Assembly: GCA_041752695.1 (NCBI GenBank) | Contig: JBGSVZ010000043.1 | Location: 32,001-96,000 of the forward strand | From: Terrimicrobiaceae bacterium | Lineage (GTDB): Bacteria; Verrucomicrobiota; Verrucomicrobiia; Chthoniobacterales; Terrimicrobiaceae | Reading direction: 5' to 3' | DNA length: 64,000 nt | Shown here: one piece after another, positions 1-11,300 of the stretch | Layout of the letters: each line of letters opens with the position of its first letter | Position numbering within the stretch: the first letter of the stretch is position 1 | Notes under the pieces: generated by a model | The model's input: the letters and a program-made list of their open reading frames with translations, nothing else | What the model was told of the DNA's origin: nothing | Databases searched by the model: none | Translations under genes and position numbers: made by a program

Positions 1-43
1 CGGGTCGGTTTGAGTCGTTCGTTCCCGCCAATCCCCGGAATCC

Positions 44-3000
44 ATGACCGCCCGCCCCGCAACCTGTTTGACAGGAGTTCTTGCCGCGCTTTTTGCGCTG
101 CTGGGCGGCTGCGTGCAGGCGAGGGCGGAGGCGATGCTGCAGTATTTCAACACCAGCTGGGCGGAGATCACCAAGAAGATGCCCGAGTTGGCCGAGGCGG
201 GGTATTCCTCGTTGTGGCTGCCGCCGCCCACGAAGGGCAGTGGTGGGTTGTCGGTTGGTTACGATTTGTGGGACCCCTTCGATCTGGGAGGGAAAAACCA
301 GAGGAATACCGTGCGGACACGCTACGGCACGGAAGCGGAGTTGCTTCAGCTGATGGAAACGGCACATCGTTTCGGAATCCGGGTGTACTTTGACAACATC
401 ATGAACCATCGGGCCTTCGACGTGCCTGGTTACAATGAGAATACGGGGATTAACATTTACCCCGGGATGGTGCCCGAGGATTTTCACCTCCGGGTGACAG
501 AGGATGGATTCTATCGCAAGTGGGATAACACGCGGGATTGGGGTTCGGCTTGGCAGGTGCAAAATCTCGGGCTGGCGGATTTGATTGATATTGCCCACGA
601 AACCCCGAATGCCAATTTCGGCAAAACGGAGGGTTCCACCCATCCGAAATATTCCTTCGTCCGGCATCCCAACAATCCGGAGTATTATTGTTACGACAGC
701 GCGGGGAACTATGTGGGGTTTGGCAATGTGACGCTGGCGGATTTGACCTCAAATCCGGCGGCCTTTAAGGAAGACGTCGGGGCCTATTTGATTCGGGCGG
801 CGCGCTGGCTCATGGCCTACACGCGTGCGGATGGGCTTCGGCTTGATGCCGTCAAGCACGTGCCGGATTACTTCTTCGGGCAGCAAAGCGGGGCGGGAAA
901 GGATAACAGTGACGCCGGCTATCTGGGCGGGGTTCAGCGGCAGTTTAACATCACCCGGGGGTTCTCCGATACCAACCACCGGGATTCGGTTTTCGACACG
1001 GAGAAGGGCCGCGACGACGCCATGGTTTTCGGGGAACATCTGGGTTCACCGCCCGGCTATTCCGGGTATTGGGATTCGGGCATGCGGCTCGTCGATAATG
1101 ACCTGCGATCGAAACTCAATGGCGTGTTGGGGAGCCCGTGGGGCACTTTGGCGGGGCTGGACAGCCCGGGTTCAGGCGGATTTTCCTCCACGCTTGGGGT
1201 GATGCATGCCAACAGCCACGACAGTGACTATTCGGCCATGCGCCAACTCCAGCACGCGATCTACTACACCCGGGAGGGATTGGGGCTCGTGTACACGGAT
1301 GGGTATTATCAAGCGGAAACGCTGGGCGAGTCGGGTGGGGCGTTTCCCCGGCACGCCAATACAGCGTTTCTTGGGCAGTTTGGCGATTCCCGGATTCCGA
1401 ATCTCCTGAAGATTCACCAGGACTTTGCGCGGGGCTTCCAGGTCGGGCTCTGGGGCGACAGCGATTTTCTTGCTTATGAGCGCCGCGACAATCGAAACCC
1501 CGATGGCTCAACCCGCGTGGGCACTGCCGCTGACGAGGTGACGATGGTGGTGATGATGAACGACAACAACGCGTCCGGACAGGCGAGGTCGTTTTCTTCC
1601 AGCTTTCCCGCCGGAGCCTACCTTTACCAATATGCGACCGGTCCGAATGGATCGAATCAGGTTGGGTTTTATAAGTTCGGCAGTGAGTTGGGTTCGGTGG
1701 TCGTGCCCCCCGGCGGGTATTTTGTTTTCGGCTACCGCACTCCTGAGCTATCGACGCTCTGGCCGGAATCCGCCGTTTCGCTTTATCAAAACGGGGAGGA
1801 GGTGCCACGGATCACGGTAAACCGGAAGGATGGTCCCGACGGCGATGAGGAATTCAACCCTTATGGCTTAGCCAACCGTGGGTATCCCGTGGGTGAGACA
1901 CCCGCCCCCTATACCTATCAGATGTCGATCCCGGTCGTGAAATCCGGCTCCCCCCTCACCATCATTGCCCGGGCCGATGGATCGGCGGAAAACATCCTGC
2001 TCAAACTCGATGGCGGGGTGGATCTCAACGGGACGGTGCCTTCCGGAATCACGGATCCCACCAAGCGTGACAATCCGCCGGCAGTGCGCTCCGACACATG
2101 GGTCGGCTACGAACAACCGATTTACGCGGATCGTCAGCATCCGGAGCTTTTTGCCGCGCAAGTCACCGGAGCCCGCGACATCACGGGTTCGGTTGGCGCG
2201 GAAACCTTCACCTCCAGCGGGGTGCTGAACCAGGGGGCCGGCCCGCGAACCGTGGGCGCGAACACGGCCGCCTACATTTATCACGATCCGGCGGCATCGG
2301 TTGATGGATTCGGGTTCAACCAATACGACGCGGCGACCCGCAAGCTCTGGGCCAAGGTCAATTCGGTGGGGGCGGGCTACAAGATGTTTGTCTATTACAC
2401 GACGGACGCCTCGTATTTTCCCGAGGGCGCGGGCGGGATTGGTCGGGGAAAAACCAGGGCGGTCGAAATGAATTACCAAGCTGCCCAGAGCGGGGGGAAC
2501 GTGAATTGGTGGGCCAGTGTCACCATGCCGGAGGACTTCCTGCCCGGGACGAGTCGTTATAAAATCGGGGTGTTCAAAACCGGCGCCGCCTCCTGGTGGC
2601 CGGGGAATCAGGCTGCGGTGGATTACAAAAAGCAGATGCTGACGACGTTCAAGGTCGAGAATTGGAATCCCGCGACCGTGGCCTATCATCTGCACGCGGA
2701 TTATAATTCCCTGACCACCGGATTGCGGGAAGGGTTTCATGTTATCCGGGCGAAGGCTCTCCTGCCGAAGGGAGCCGGGGGACGCAGTCTCGGGGCGGCC
2801 GATCTTTACCAGACCCTCACCCAGACGTTTTATTACGACATCGAAACGCCGCAGGGCGAAGTGGCTTTCCCGCAAAACGACGGCGACACGGTGGGAGGGT
2901 CCAGCTACGAGATGGTGATCCGCACCGATCCGACGGTTCAGGAAGTCTGGTACAACATCGCGGACAGCGAGGCCGGCAACAATGACAGTGCCACCCTCCA

Positions 3001-6000
3001 GCTCAATGGCAACGGTGACGGCTTCGAGCCATTCATTGATGCCAATCAAAATGGCACCCGAGAATCCGGTGAGGACTTCACCGACCTCGACGGCGACGGT
3101 CTGTATGATGCCGCCACGGCGGTTGCGTGGGCGAGTGCGACGGAGGTCACGGCCAATCCTGCGGTGACCAGCGCGTATCAAAAGGAGTGGCGTATTCGCT
3201 ATACCAACATTCCTGCTTCCGGCAGCGCCGCGCTCACCTTCCGCCTGCTCGAAGCCTCTTCCTCACGTAATTTTTCGCTCTCGCCCGCGGCGGGACATTA
3301 TACCGAGGTGGTTCGTACGGTCCAAACGGCGGGTCCGCTGGAGCGGATCAATGTCGCCTGGCCGCAGAGCGACGGGGATCGGGTGGACGACACTTACACG
3401 ATGAAGGTCTACTTCTCGAAGGTGCTTGCGGCCGGGTTGAGTGAGGCCGATTTGAAAAACGGCTTCACTGTCTCGGCCAATTCCGTGGTTCAGAGCCGGA
3501 GTGGATTCTCCATCAACTACGGCAGCTTTGGCTCCGGCGGCGCCTATCACGAACTCTCGATTCCTCTGCCCAACCTTTACAACGACATCGATGATTACTT
3601 GCATGAACTGAAGGTCGAATATCGCTTCCCGGAGCCGGACAATCGGCTGCTGACCGCCTTGCGGACGGTCAAGGCCGCGCCGAGCACCAAACCATTCGTC
3701 ACCATCACCCAGCCGGCGGAACTGGGCTCGGATGGCAAACCGGTCGAAATTGTCATTCCCGATACCCCGGGCCCCGATTCGACAATCTACACGGTTCGGG
3801 TTAATACCAGTGCTTCGGTTGCCAGCCTTTCGCTAAGCGGTGCTCCCGCCATCGAGCTCCTGAATGAGATCTACACCGACGGCAACAGCAACGGGAAGTT
3901 CGACGGGGAGGAGGCCTACACGGACACAAATGCGAACCTGCAATACGATGTCGGCGAGCCCTTCACGGATGGGGATTCGGACAATACTTGGGACGCCAAC
4001 GAGCAGCCATCTCTGGTCGATGCCAATGCCAACCGAACCTGGGATGGCCCGACGGTCACGCTGACGGGAAACACCAAGATCTGGGATTTTCCCTGGCGGA
4101 TCACCGCCCCTGGATCCTACCTTCTCACCGTCACCACGGGCGGAGCCGAGCCGGTGGTCACGACCCGGAGCGCGCGGGTGGTTTTGCGGGAAACCGTCAT
4201 CACCGATACTGACGAATACAACGACGATGATGATGATGGATTGGTGGACATCAACGAGACCAACCCGCAAGTGCTTCCGACCGGTAATGCGGAGACTTGG
4301 ACAAACGGTGATGTCCATGTGTACAACGCCTTCGGACGGAGCCTGCCCAATACCCCGGATGCCGACGGTGATGGACTTCCTGATGGTCTGGAGGTCGGCT
4401 GGCGCACGGCGGTGAATCCTCCGACGGACCCCCTCGCGGACACCAACGCGGACGGTTTTAAAAACTTCCTCGGGGATCTGGATCCTCCGCTTTACGCCGT
4501 GCTGGAAAATCATGGTTATGTTCCGGGAGTGGGTTCCGCCAGCCAGGGAGACAGTCGGACGCGTCAGGCGGCCGGAACGGTGACCGACCCGACCAATCCC
4601 GACACCGATGGCGACGGCCTTCTCGATGGTCTTGAGGATGGCAATCGCAATGGGTGGACCGATGGTGATGGAAAAACCCTGCCGCTCACTGCGGCTCGGC
4701 CTGCGTATGCCACAGCCCGTCCCAATGCAGGAGACTGGCCGGACAACGTGATTGATTCTTTCGAGACCTGGACCGAGACCAGTCCGACTAAAGCCGACTC
4801 CGATACCGACGGGCTGAACGACGGGTATGGGGAGGATCAAAATTTCAATGGGGTGATCGATGGCGATGCCGATGGCGATCGGGTTTACGATGCCGGCGAA
4901 GCTTGGACGGAGACGAATCCCCTCAAGGCCGATACCGACGGCGACGGACTGCCCGACGGGTGGGAGGTTCAATATGGACTTGATCCGCTCGACAACGGGA
5001 CGGATAGCTTCCGGACTGCGACCGCGGCGGATGGAGTGGTGCGGGAGGGCGGCGACGGCGACCCGGATGGGGACGGTTTTGACAATGCCGAGGAGCTCTT
5101 CAATGGCACCAATCCGACGCAGACTACGGTCATTGGCTCCGGTGGGGGGGAAGGCACCATTAATATCGGAAAGTTCACCGACTGGAAACACACCGACCTC
5201 CTTGTCCTGGACGAGTACAACGAAGGCGGCAGCCAGGGGGCGGATGTGTATCGCACGAACAGCTATGATTCCTCCCGGGACATCGTGGCGTTTTCGTTCC
5301 GCGACGGCGGTGCGACAGAAGCGAACGGCGATGGCAAAGTGTATTTCCGTATCGATTTTCTGGATCTCGTCGCTTATGCCGAGCAGGGCGAGCTTGATGC
5401 CTACATCGTGATCGATACGGGTAATCCTGCGGTGGGCGAGCGTGCGCTGCCCGACAGCGTTGATCTTGCGACCGACATGGGCTGGGAAGTGGTGGTCGGC
5501 GCTTATTCGACCAATTCGGGCAGCGTGTCGGTCGATCTTAACCGGTCGAATAATACCACGACGGACGTCCAGGATCCTTATGGCTACGGAGTGGTTCGGC
5601 GTGGCATTGCGGCTAATGGCCTAAACGCCATTGCCTGGTCAAGCCGCTACGACGCGGTCGAGATCGCGGTCGAGCGCCAGGCGCTGATTGATGCCGGATG
5701 GCTTGGCGACCCCGCCAGCTTGAACTTCCAAGTCTTTACCACGCGGGACGGAACCCAAAACAGCCCGCAGGGTCCCGGCGACCTCGGCGGACGAAATGAC
5801 ATCCGAGACACCATCGGCGACGATTGGCTGGCGTCGGATTATTGGAAGGACCAGGACAGGATTCGCCTCACGGGCCAGTTGACTAGCTATTTTGGTCGGT
5901 CCACTGACAACGACCGCGGAAAGTCGGCCAAGGTCATGCTTCTGGCTCACGGGAATCAGGCGATTCAGCCAGCCAGCACGATCCAGTCGCTTGTCCACAA

Positions 6001-8356
6001 TGGTACCAGCGGCTACGTCAATCTCGCGAAAATCCACGAGGACTACAACGCGCCACTCACCCTGCATATCACCCCGACGCTCGCTTCCGCGCTCCAGTGG
6101 GCCAAAAATCCCACACCGGACGCGCTGAACGACGGTCCGTCCTTCAACGCGCGCATTGCCGCCCTGGCCTCCAGCGGACGGGCGCATATTCTCGGATCCA
6201 CTTTCTCCGATCACATTCCGAAATATTTTTCGACCGCGTTCAATCTCTCCAACCTCGCGCTCTCGAATAAGTTCCTCGACACCATCTACGGAAATGGTTC
6301 CGCCACGGCCTCCCGGGCGGTTTTTTGGGCCCCGGAACGGGTGCTCGACGACGAGACGCTGGGACTCATTGCCAGCTTGGGCTACAGCTACACCTTCGCG
6401 GACCAGAGCCGTCATTTCGTCAAATGGTTCGGCCGCTCTTCCGCCCTTGGCACCGACGGGTTCCGGATTAACGAGGTCAATTCGATGAAGGTCTTCCCGA
6501 TCCATGATGGTACGTCTGATTACCTCGACCAGACCAAGGATGAGGGTTCCTCGCAGGCCGTTCGGGAGCTGCTTTCCCGCCGTGCCCGCGGCAGCGTGCA
6601 GGACCAGGTGGTTGTGCTCTGGCGCGACCTGGCCGATTTTTCAAACAGCGGGAAGGTTTCTTCCTACGACACTAACGTCCGCTGGCTGGCGAGCCGGCCC
6701 TGGGTGCGGGTGGTGACCGCGGGAGACATTATCAATGGCCAGGTGGCCTATAAGGGCCTAGATGGCAACACCTCCACCACGTGGGGCACGGTGAGCCGGG
6801 GAACCGGACAGAATTTGGTCCAGACCGCGAAGGACTGGATCGATCACGCCACCCAGGAAAATTACGACAATTGGTATTTTGGTTCAGCCCTCGAAGAAGG
6901 CCTTTCCGATCGCACGTTTGGCGCGACGACGGCCTTCGGCCAAGTGGGGGTGGGCGGTCACGCCAACGACATCTGGCTGTCGCTAGCGGGCGTGCCCTTC
7001 GTCGCAGGTCTGGGTGACCTGGCCGGCACAGCCTTCCACGGGGCCATGTTCCAGACTGCGTTCCACAACACGACGAATAACGACCTCAGCAAATACAGCT
7101 CGGGAGATTACATCTGGCCCGATACGGGCAGTGGGCAGACTCTGGCGGGCTTCGCCAAAAACGCCCACTCCCAGGCTCGTTTTGCCAAGGTCTACGCCCG
7201 GGTCCAACAATGGGCCGGCGCGGCGACCTCTGCGACGCTGGGCGCGGAGGCGAGCGACGTCGATCTCGACGGCTCCCCCGAATACCTTCTCTTCAGCAGC
7301 CGGATCTTTGCCCTTTTTGAGGCGAAGGGCGGACGTTTGACCGCCGCCTGGATGCGCGATCCCCATACCGGAAAACTCTGGCAGGTTGCCGGGAACTTTG
7401 CCTCCTACAGCGGCAGTGACACCGAAGACGAAGGTGCCAGCAATTTTGTCGGTGCGACGACCGCGCTTTCCGCGTTCCGCACCAGTGGCTTCAAAGATTG
7501 GTGGACAGTGGACGGGGCCAGCGTCGGCAGCAATGCAGGGGTCAACGCGCTTTACACTGTCCAGGCAGCACCGGGTGGCACGGGGTGGACCTTCTCGAAT
7601 GGCGGTGTCACCAAAACAATCCGTATCCCCGGAGCGGCTTCGGAACGGCTGGAGGCGACCTATCAACTGACCGGCCTCAGCAAAGCCTACGTTCGATTCG
7701 GACTCTCCCCGAATCTTCTGGATCTGTTGCTTCGTGGGCAGGCGGGCCTCGCGGCGGAATCGGCTTCGGCCACGCGGGTCAATCTCGTTAATTCCAGCGG
7801 CAGCGACACGGTCCGCGCCTGGGTGGAAGGCCCGCAGGTGAACTCCGCGGCGACAGACGTTGCCGCCCTGGGCTTTACCACCGTCCTACGCCGTAATCTC
7901 GCCCAGACCCACCAGGTGGAACTCGAAATGACTGGAGCCGGCCCGCACACGGTCACCCTGGGCTTTGATCTCGGCACCGACCTGACGAATCCGGATACCG
8001 ACAACGACCTGATGCCCGACGCCTGGGAAACCACCCACTTTGGCAACCTCACGGCGACCGCCGCCGGGGATGCGGATTTGGACGGACTGAATAATTTGGG
8101 CGAATACCTCTTTGGGGCCGAACCAAAAAATCCGGCCAGCGGGCGGCCCGCCACCAGTATCGAAAGCTCGGAGTCCGGCTTTGTCTTCTCCTTCCCGACC
8201 CTCACCGGTCGAGTTTACCAACCGCAGGTCTCCACCGATCTCGTCGGTTGGTCGAACCTGGGTTCTCCGATTACCGGCGATGGCTCCACCAAATCCGCCA
8301 CCGATTCGACCGCCGGCAGCAAACGTTTCTACCGCATTTCCGTCTCTCTCCCATGA
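44..8356 (+). CDS. Giant secreted multidomain alpha-glucanase: signal peptide, GH13 alpha-amylase, Ig-like domains, Ca-binding DxDxDG repeats, DOMON-like domain, GH57-like module, C-terminal FYR domain
   Basis: GH13 motifs MLQYF, WLPPPTKG, GYDLWDPFDLG..RTRYGT, DNIMNH, GLRLDAVKH, GEH, NSHD; many D(T/A/S)DxDG(L)xD repeats; later HGNQ, LGSTFSDH, WAPER, YTFADQ and DVDLDGSPEY..GGRL resemble GH57 4-alpha-glucanotransferase regions. Confidence 0.88.
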   Translation: MTARPATCLTGVLAALFALLGGCVQARAEAMLQYFNTSWAEITKKMPELAEAGYSSLWLPPPTKGSGGLSVGYDLWDPFDLGGKNQRNTVRTRYGTEAELLQLMETAHRFGIRVYFDNIMNHRAFDVPGYNENTGINIYPGMVPEDFHLRVTEDGFYRKWDNTRDWGSAWQVQNLGLADLIDIAHETPNANFGKTEGSTHPKYSFVRHPNNPEYYCYDSAGNYVGFGNVTLADLTSNPAAFKEDVGAYLIRAARWLMAYTRADGLRLDAVKHVPDYFFGQQSGAGKDNSDAGYLGGVQRQFNITRGFSDTNHRDSVFDTEKGRDDAMVFGEHLGSPPGYSGYWDSGMRLVDNDLRSKLNGVLGSPWGTLAGLDSPGSGGFSSTLGVMHANSHDSDYSAMRQLQHAIYYTREGLGLVYTDGYYQAETLGESGGAFPRHANTAFLGQFGDSRIPNLLKIHQDFARGFQVGLWGDSDFLAYERRDNRNPDGSTRVGTAADEVTMVVMMNDNNASGQARSFSSSFPAGAYLYQYATGPNGSNQVGFYKFGSELGSVVVPPGGYFVFGYRTPELSTLWPESAVSLYQNGEEVPRITVNRKDGPDGDEEFNPYGLANRGYPVGETPAPYTYQMSIPVVKSGSPLTIIARADGSAENILLKLDGGVDLNGTVPSGITDPTKRDNPPAVRSDTWVGYEQPIYADRQHPELFAAQVTGARDITGSVGAETFTSSGVLNQGAGPRTVGANTAAYIYHDPAASVDGFGFNQYDAATRKLWAKVNSVGAGYKMFVYYTTDASYFPEGAGGIGRGKTRAVEMNYQAAQSGGNVNWWASVTMPEDFLPGTSRYKIGVFKTGAASWWPGNQAAVDYKKQMLTTFKVENWNPATVAYHLHADYNSLTTGLREGFHVIRAKALLPKGAGGRSLGAADLYQTLTQTFYYDIETPQGEVAFPQNDGDTVGGSSYEMVIRTDPTVQEVWYNIADSEAGNNDSATLQLNGNGDGFEPFIDANQNGTRESGEDFTDLDGDGLYDAATAVAWASATEVTANPAVTSAYQKEWRIRYTNIPASGSAALTFRLLEASSSRNFSLSPAAGHYTEVVRTVQTAGPLERINVAWPQSDGDRVDDTYTMKVYFSKVLAAGLSEADLKNGFTVSANSVVQSRSGFSINYGSFGSGGAYHELSIPLPNLYNDIDDYLHELKVEYRFPEPDNRLLTALRTVKAAPSTKPFVTITQPAELGSDGKPVEIVIPDTPGPDSTIYTVRVNTSASVASLSLSGAPAIELLNEIYTDGNSNGKFDGEEAYTDTNANLQYDVGEPFTDGDSDNTWDANEQPSLVDANANRTWDGPTVTLTGNTKIWDFPWRITAPGSYLLTVTTGGAEPVVTTRSARVVLRETVITDTDEYNDDDDDGLVDINETNPQVLPTGNAETWTNGDVHVYNAFGRSLPNTPDADGDGLPDGLEVGWRTAVNPPTDPLADTNADGFKNFLGDLDPPLYAVLENHGYVPGVGSASQGDSRTRQAAGTVTDPTNPDTDGDGLLDGLEDGNRNGWTDGDGKTLPLTAARPAYATARPNAGDWPDNVIDSFETWTETSPTKADSDTDGLNDGYGEDQNFNGVIDGDADGDRVYDAGEAWTETNPLKADTDGDGLPDGWEVQYGLDPLDNGTDSFRTATAADGVVREGGDGDPDGDGFDNAEELFNGTNPTQTTVIGSGGGEGTINIGKFTDWKHTDLLVLDEYNEGGSQGADVYRTNSYDSSRDIVAFSFRDGGATEANGDGKVYFRIDFLDLVAYAEQGELDAYIVIDTGNPAVGERALPDSVDLATDMGWEVVVGAYSTNSGSVSVDLNRSNNTTTDVQDPYGYGVVRRGIAANGLNAIAWSSRYDAVEIAVERQALIDAGWLGDPASLNFQVFTTRDGTQNSPQGPGDLGGRNDIRDTIGDDWLASDYWKDQDRIRLTGQLTSYFGRSTDNDRGKSAKVMLLAHGNQAIQPASTIQSLVHNGTSGYVNLAKIHEDYNAPLTLHITPTLASALQWAKNPTPDALNDGPSFNARIAALASSGRAHILGSTFSDHIPKYFSTAFNLSNLALSNKFLDTIYGNGSATASRAVFWAPERVLDDETLGLIASLGYSYTFADQSRHFVKWFGRSSALGTDGFRINEVNSMKVFPIHDGTSDYLDQTKDEGSSQAVRELLSRRARGSVQDQVVVLWRDLADFSNSGKVSSYDTNVRWLASRPWVRVVTAGDIINGQVAYKGLDGNTSTTWGTVSRGTGQNLVQTAKDWIDHATQENYDNWYFGSALEEGLSDRTFGATTAFGQVGVGGHANDIWLSLAGVPFVAGLGDLAGTAFHGAMFQTAFHNTTNNDLSKYSSGDYIWPDTGSGQTLAGFAKNAHSQARFAKVYARVQQWAGAATSATLGAEASDVDLDGSPEYLLFSSRIFALFEAKGGRLTAAWMRDPHTGKLWQVAGNFASYSGSDTEDEGASNFVGATTALSAFRTSGFKDWWTVDGASVGSNAGVNALYTVQAAPGGTGWTFSNGGVTKTIRIPGAASERLEATYQLTGLSKAYVRFGLSPNLLDLLLRGQAGLAAESASATRVNLVNSSGSDTVRAWVEGPQVNSAATDVAALGFTTVLRRNLAQTHQVELEMTGAGPHTVTLGFDLGTDLTNPDTDNDLMPDAWETTHFGNLTATAAGDADLDGLNNLGEYLFGAEPKNPASGRPATSIESSESGFVFSFPTLTGRVYQPQVSTDLVGWSNLGSPITGDGSTKSATDSTAGSKRFYRISVSLP

Positions 8357-11300
8357 AACACCTCAAGTCTCTCACCCTTATCTTGGTGGCCGCGCTTTCC
8401 GTCGATGTCCTTAGTGCCGCGGGGTACCTAGAGGTGAGGGCCCCAGGCTATGGCTTTCAAAGCGCGGAGTATACCACCAGCCATGTCTTTGTTGACGAGG
8501 TGGCGGGAACGACTGCCGCCATCGAGGTTCTCTTCACCCTGACGGGTTACAACAACATCACCGACGTTGAGGTTTACACAAATCTGAACCGCCGGCACCT
8601 GGCTCGCATCGACAAAAATGGAGATGGTTATGCCGACGGGATTCAGTCGATTGCGGGATCGACCGTCACAGACTCGGGGGCGGACACCGATTCGACCACC
8701 GGGCATTATTATATTCCGGTCAATATGAGCGACGGGGACGCTAATAAAATTTACGAGCTGACCATTCCGGCCGCAAAAACCGGGGCTTACCGACTCACCG
8801 CGAGGTTCAAGACGTCGGACGCGATTGCGGAGAATGGTTTTAATCCTAACAACTGGATTTGGTATGGGTTGCGTGACCATGCGATCGTCGTTTCGCCAGT
8901 TGACGCCCGCGATGTGCGTCTTTACGAGATCAATGTCTTTAACATTGATGCCAGCGGGGACACCTTTGCGCAGAGATCGACGTTGGAAGATCTGCACGAT
9001 GCGCCCGGAGCCACCCATAATGCCGCCAATCGTTGGAACCTGGACTACCTGAAAAGCCTCGGCATGAACTGGCTCTGGTTCCAGCCGATTCACCCGAATG
9101 GCATCGACGGACGTGAGGTGTTCAATGGCTCGCCTTATGATCCAGGAAGCCCGTATGCCGTGAAAAACTTTTTTGCGGTCAATGAACTGATGACCGTGAA
9201 TTATAGCGGCGGCAACTCTCTCGATCAAAATCGGGCCGCGGCCATGACCGCCTGGCAGAACTTTGTCAGCGCGGCCGATGCCAAGGAGGTCGGGATCATG
9301 CTGGATGCCCCTTTCAACCACACCGCGTTCGATGTCGAATTGGCCCAGCAGGGCGTGAACCTTTTCCAGCGTGACGGCGAAACTTGGTCGCCGCTCGATC
9401 AAATCCGAAACCGGGATGCCCGGTTTTTTTCTCAGAATGGAAACTATGCTAATCGTGCCTCGTCCGCCGCTAATATTGCCGCGGGCCCCGATCGATTTGA
9501 TTTCGGAAAATGGAACGATGTGAAGGATGTCTTTTTTGGCCGTTACGATGCCCTGGTGGAAGTCGACTCCGAGCCGGAACGTTCGAGCTATAAGAGCGAG
9601 GGCGACTGGCTCGACACCAGTGATTCCGATTGGACCGCGGCGGATTTCACCCAGGGTGGCCAGTCGTGGAATCTGACCCGCCGGGTTTGGGACTATTTCG
9701 CAGAGTATGCCGTCCATTGGCTGGAGAAAACCCGCCCGGCCGGGCAAAACCGCAACAGCGCTACCGAAGCGGGACTCTCGCTTTCCCAGCGCTACGATTG
9801 GGACGCCCGTGGGATCGACGGCCTGCGATGCGACTTTGGCCAGGGACTGCCCCCCCAAGCCTGGGAATACATGATCAACGTGGCGCGGAGTTACAAATGG
9901 AACTTTGTCATGATGAGCGAATCGCTGGACGGCGGCGAGGTCACCTATCGCTCCAATCGGCACTTTGATATCCTTAACGAGAACATCGTGTTTCCCCTCA
10001 AAAGTGCGACAAGCAAGACCGATTATCGGAATATCTTCGAGGGGCGCCGCACCGCCTACGGCCAGGGACTGGTTCTTCTCAATAACACCTCGCACGACGA
10101 GGCTTCGTTCACTGATCCATGGGAGGCCGTGGTCCGCTCCGCCGCCACCGGGATGATCGATGGTTCCACCATGATATTTCCCGGACAGGAACTCGGCATC
10201 GCGGAAACGTTTGGCTACAGCCATTACGAATTGAATTTCGGAAAAAATGTTCCGCATTTCAAACGGTGGAATTCGATGAAGCCGATCTGGGACGATACGA
10301 ATTTTGGAAACGACCAACTCTTTCCGGTCTATGCGGGAATCCAAAGTGCCCGTGCTTCCAGCCCGGCGCTGAGATCCTCCAATCGCTGGTTTCTTGATGG
10401 GGATGGCAACAACTCGAAGATCTTTTCCGTCGCGAAATATGAACGGGTGGGCGTATCCCCGGCCGTGCAGGATGTGGTCCTCGCCTTCGCCAATATCGAC
10501 CGCAATAACAGTCAGGCGGACAATTTTAAAATCCCCGCGGGTCTCGCCACGAACCTGGGACTTAAGGACGGCCGCACTTACAATGTCAAGAATATTGCCG
10601 CCTACGAGAACGCCGTCAATGGGATGACGGGGCGTCGGAACGTCTGGTTATGGGGCTCCGGCTACACCGGCGCGCAGCTGAAATCGGCGGGATTTTTCCT
10701 CTCGATGAACAAAGTGCCCACAATGAACTCAAGCGCGGTGGGAACAGACCCCGCCTGGAATCAACGCCCCTATGAGGCTCAGTACCTTAGGGTTTATGAT
10801 GTCAGTTTGCTGCCTGCGCCTGCTTCCTCACCGACCGTGGCGGCGTATGCGCTTGACGGGTCAGTCACCTTCACCTGGCCGCCCGTAGCCGATCCCGAGG
10901 GTCTGCTCCCCATCTACCGTCTCACGGTAACCCGAAGCGACAGTGTGGTGCAAAGTTTCGAAACGACTTTGACCAGTTACACCGTGACGGGTCTTCCCTC
11001 CGGTGTCACCGCCACGGGTTCGGTCGTGACCCTCAATCCCAACAATGTCGGCGTGGCTTCCAGCGCGACATCCTCCAGCAGCCCCACGCTCTCCCTCACG
11101 TCGGCTGGGGATAACGACGGCGACGGGATGAATAACGCCTCCGAAATCACCGCCGGCACCAGCCCGGTGGACCCAGCTTCGCTTCTCCGCATCATTTCCG
11201 TGGGCTCGGAAGTCGGCGGCGGCACCACCATTACTTGGGAGGCAATCCCTGGAAAAATTTATCGCGTCGAGGCGACCGGGAACCTCGTGACCGGTCCTTG

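Noticed and set aside
8248..8352. ORF-track N-terminal extension of the second amylase (likewise the extensions of 20221-21252, 47600-48874, 53226-54524, 55117-56982 and 60319-61428)
   Set aside because: They overlap neighbouring genes; downstream starts give signal peptides and/or stop-start coupling
8428..10344. 638-aa minus-strand ORF, and similar ones at 1868-3181 and 3833-5191
   Set aside because: Antisense shadows of well-supported GH13 genes; typical of high-GC codon bias and without recognisable motifs
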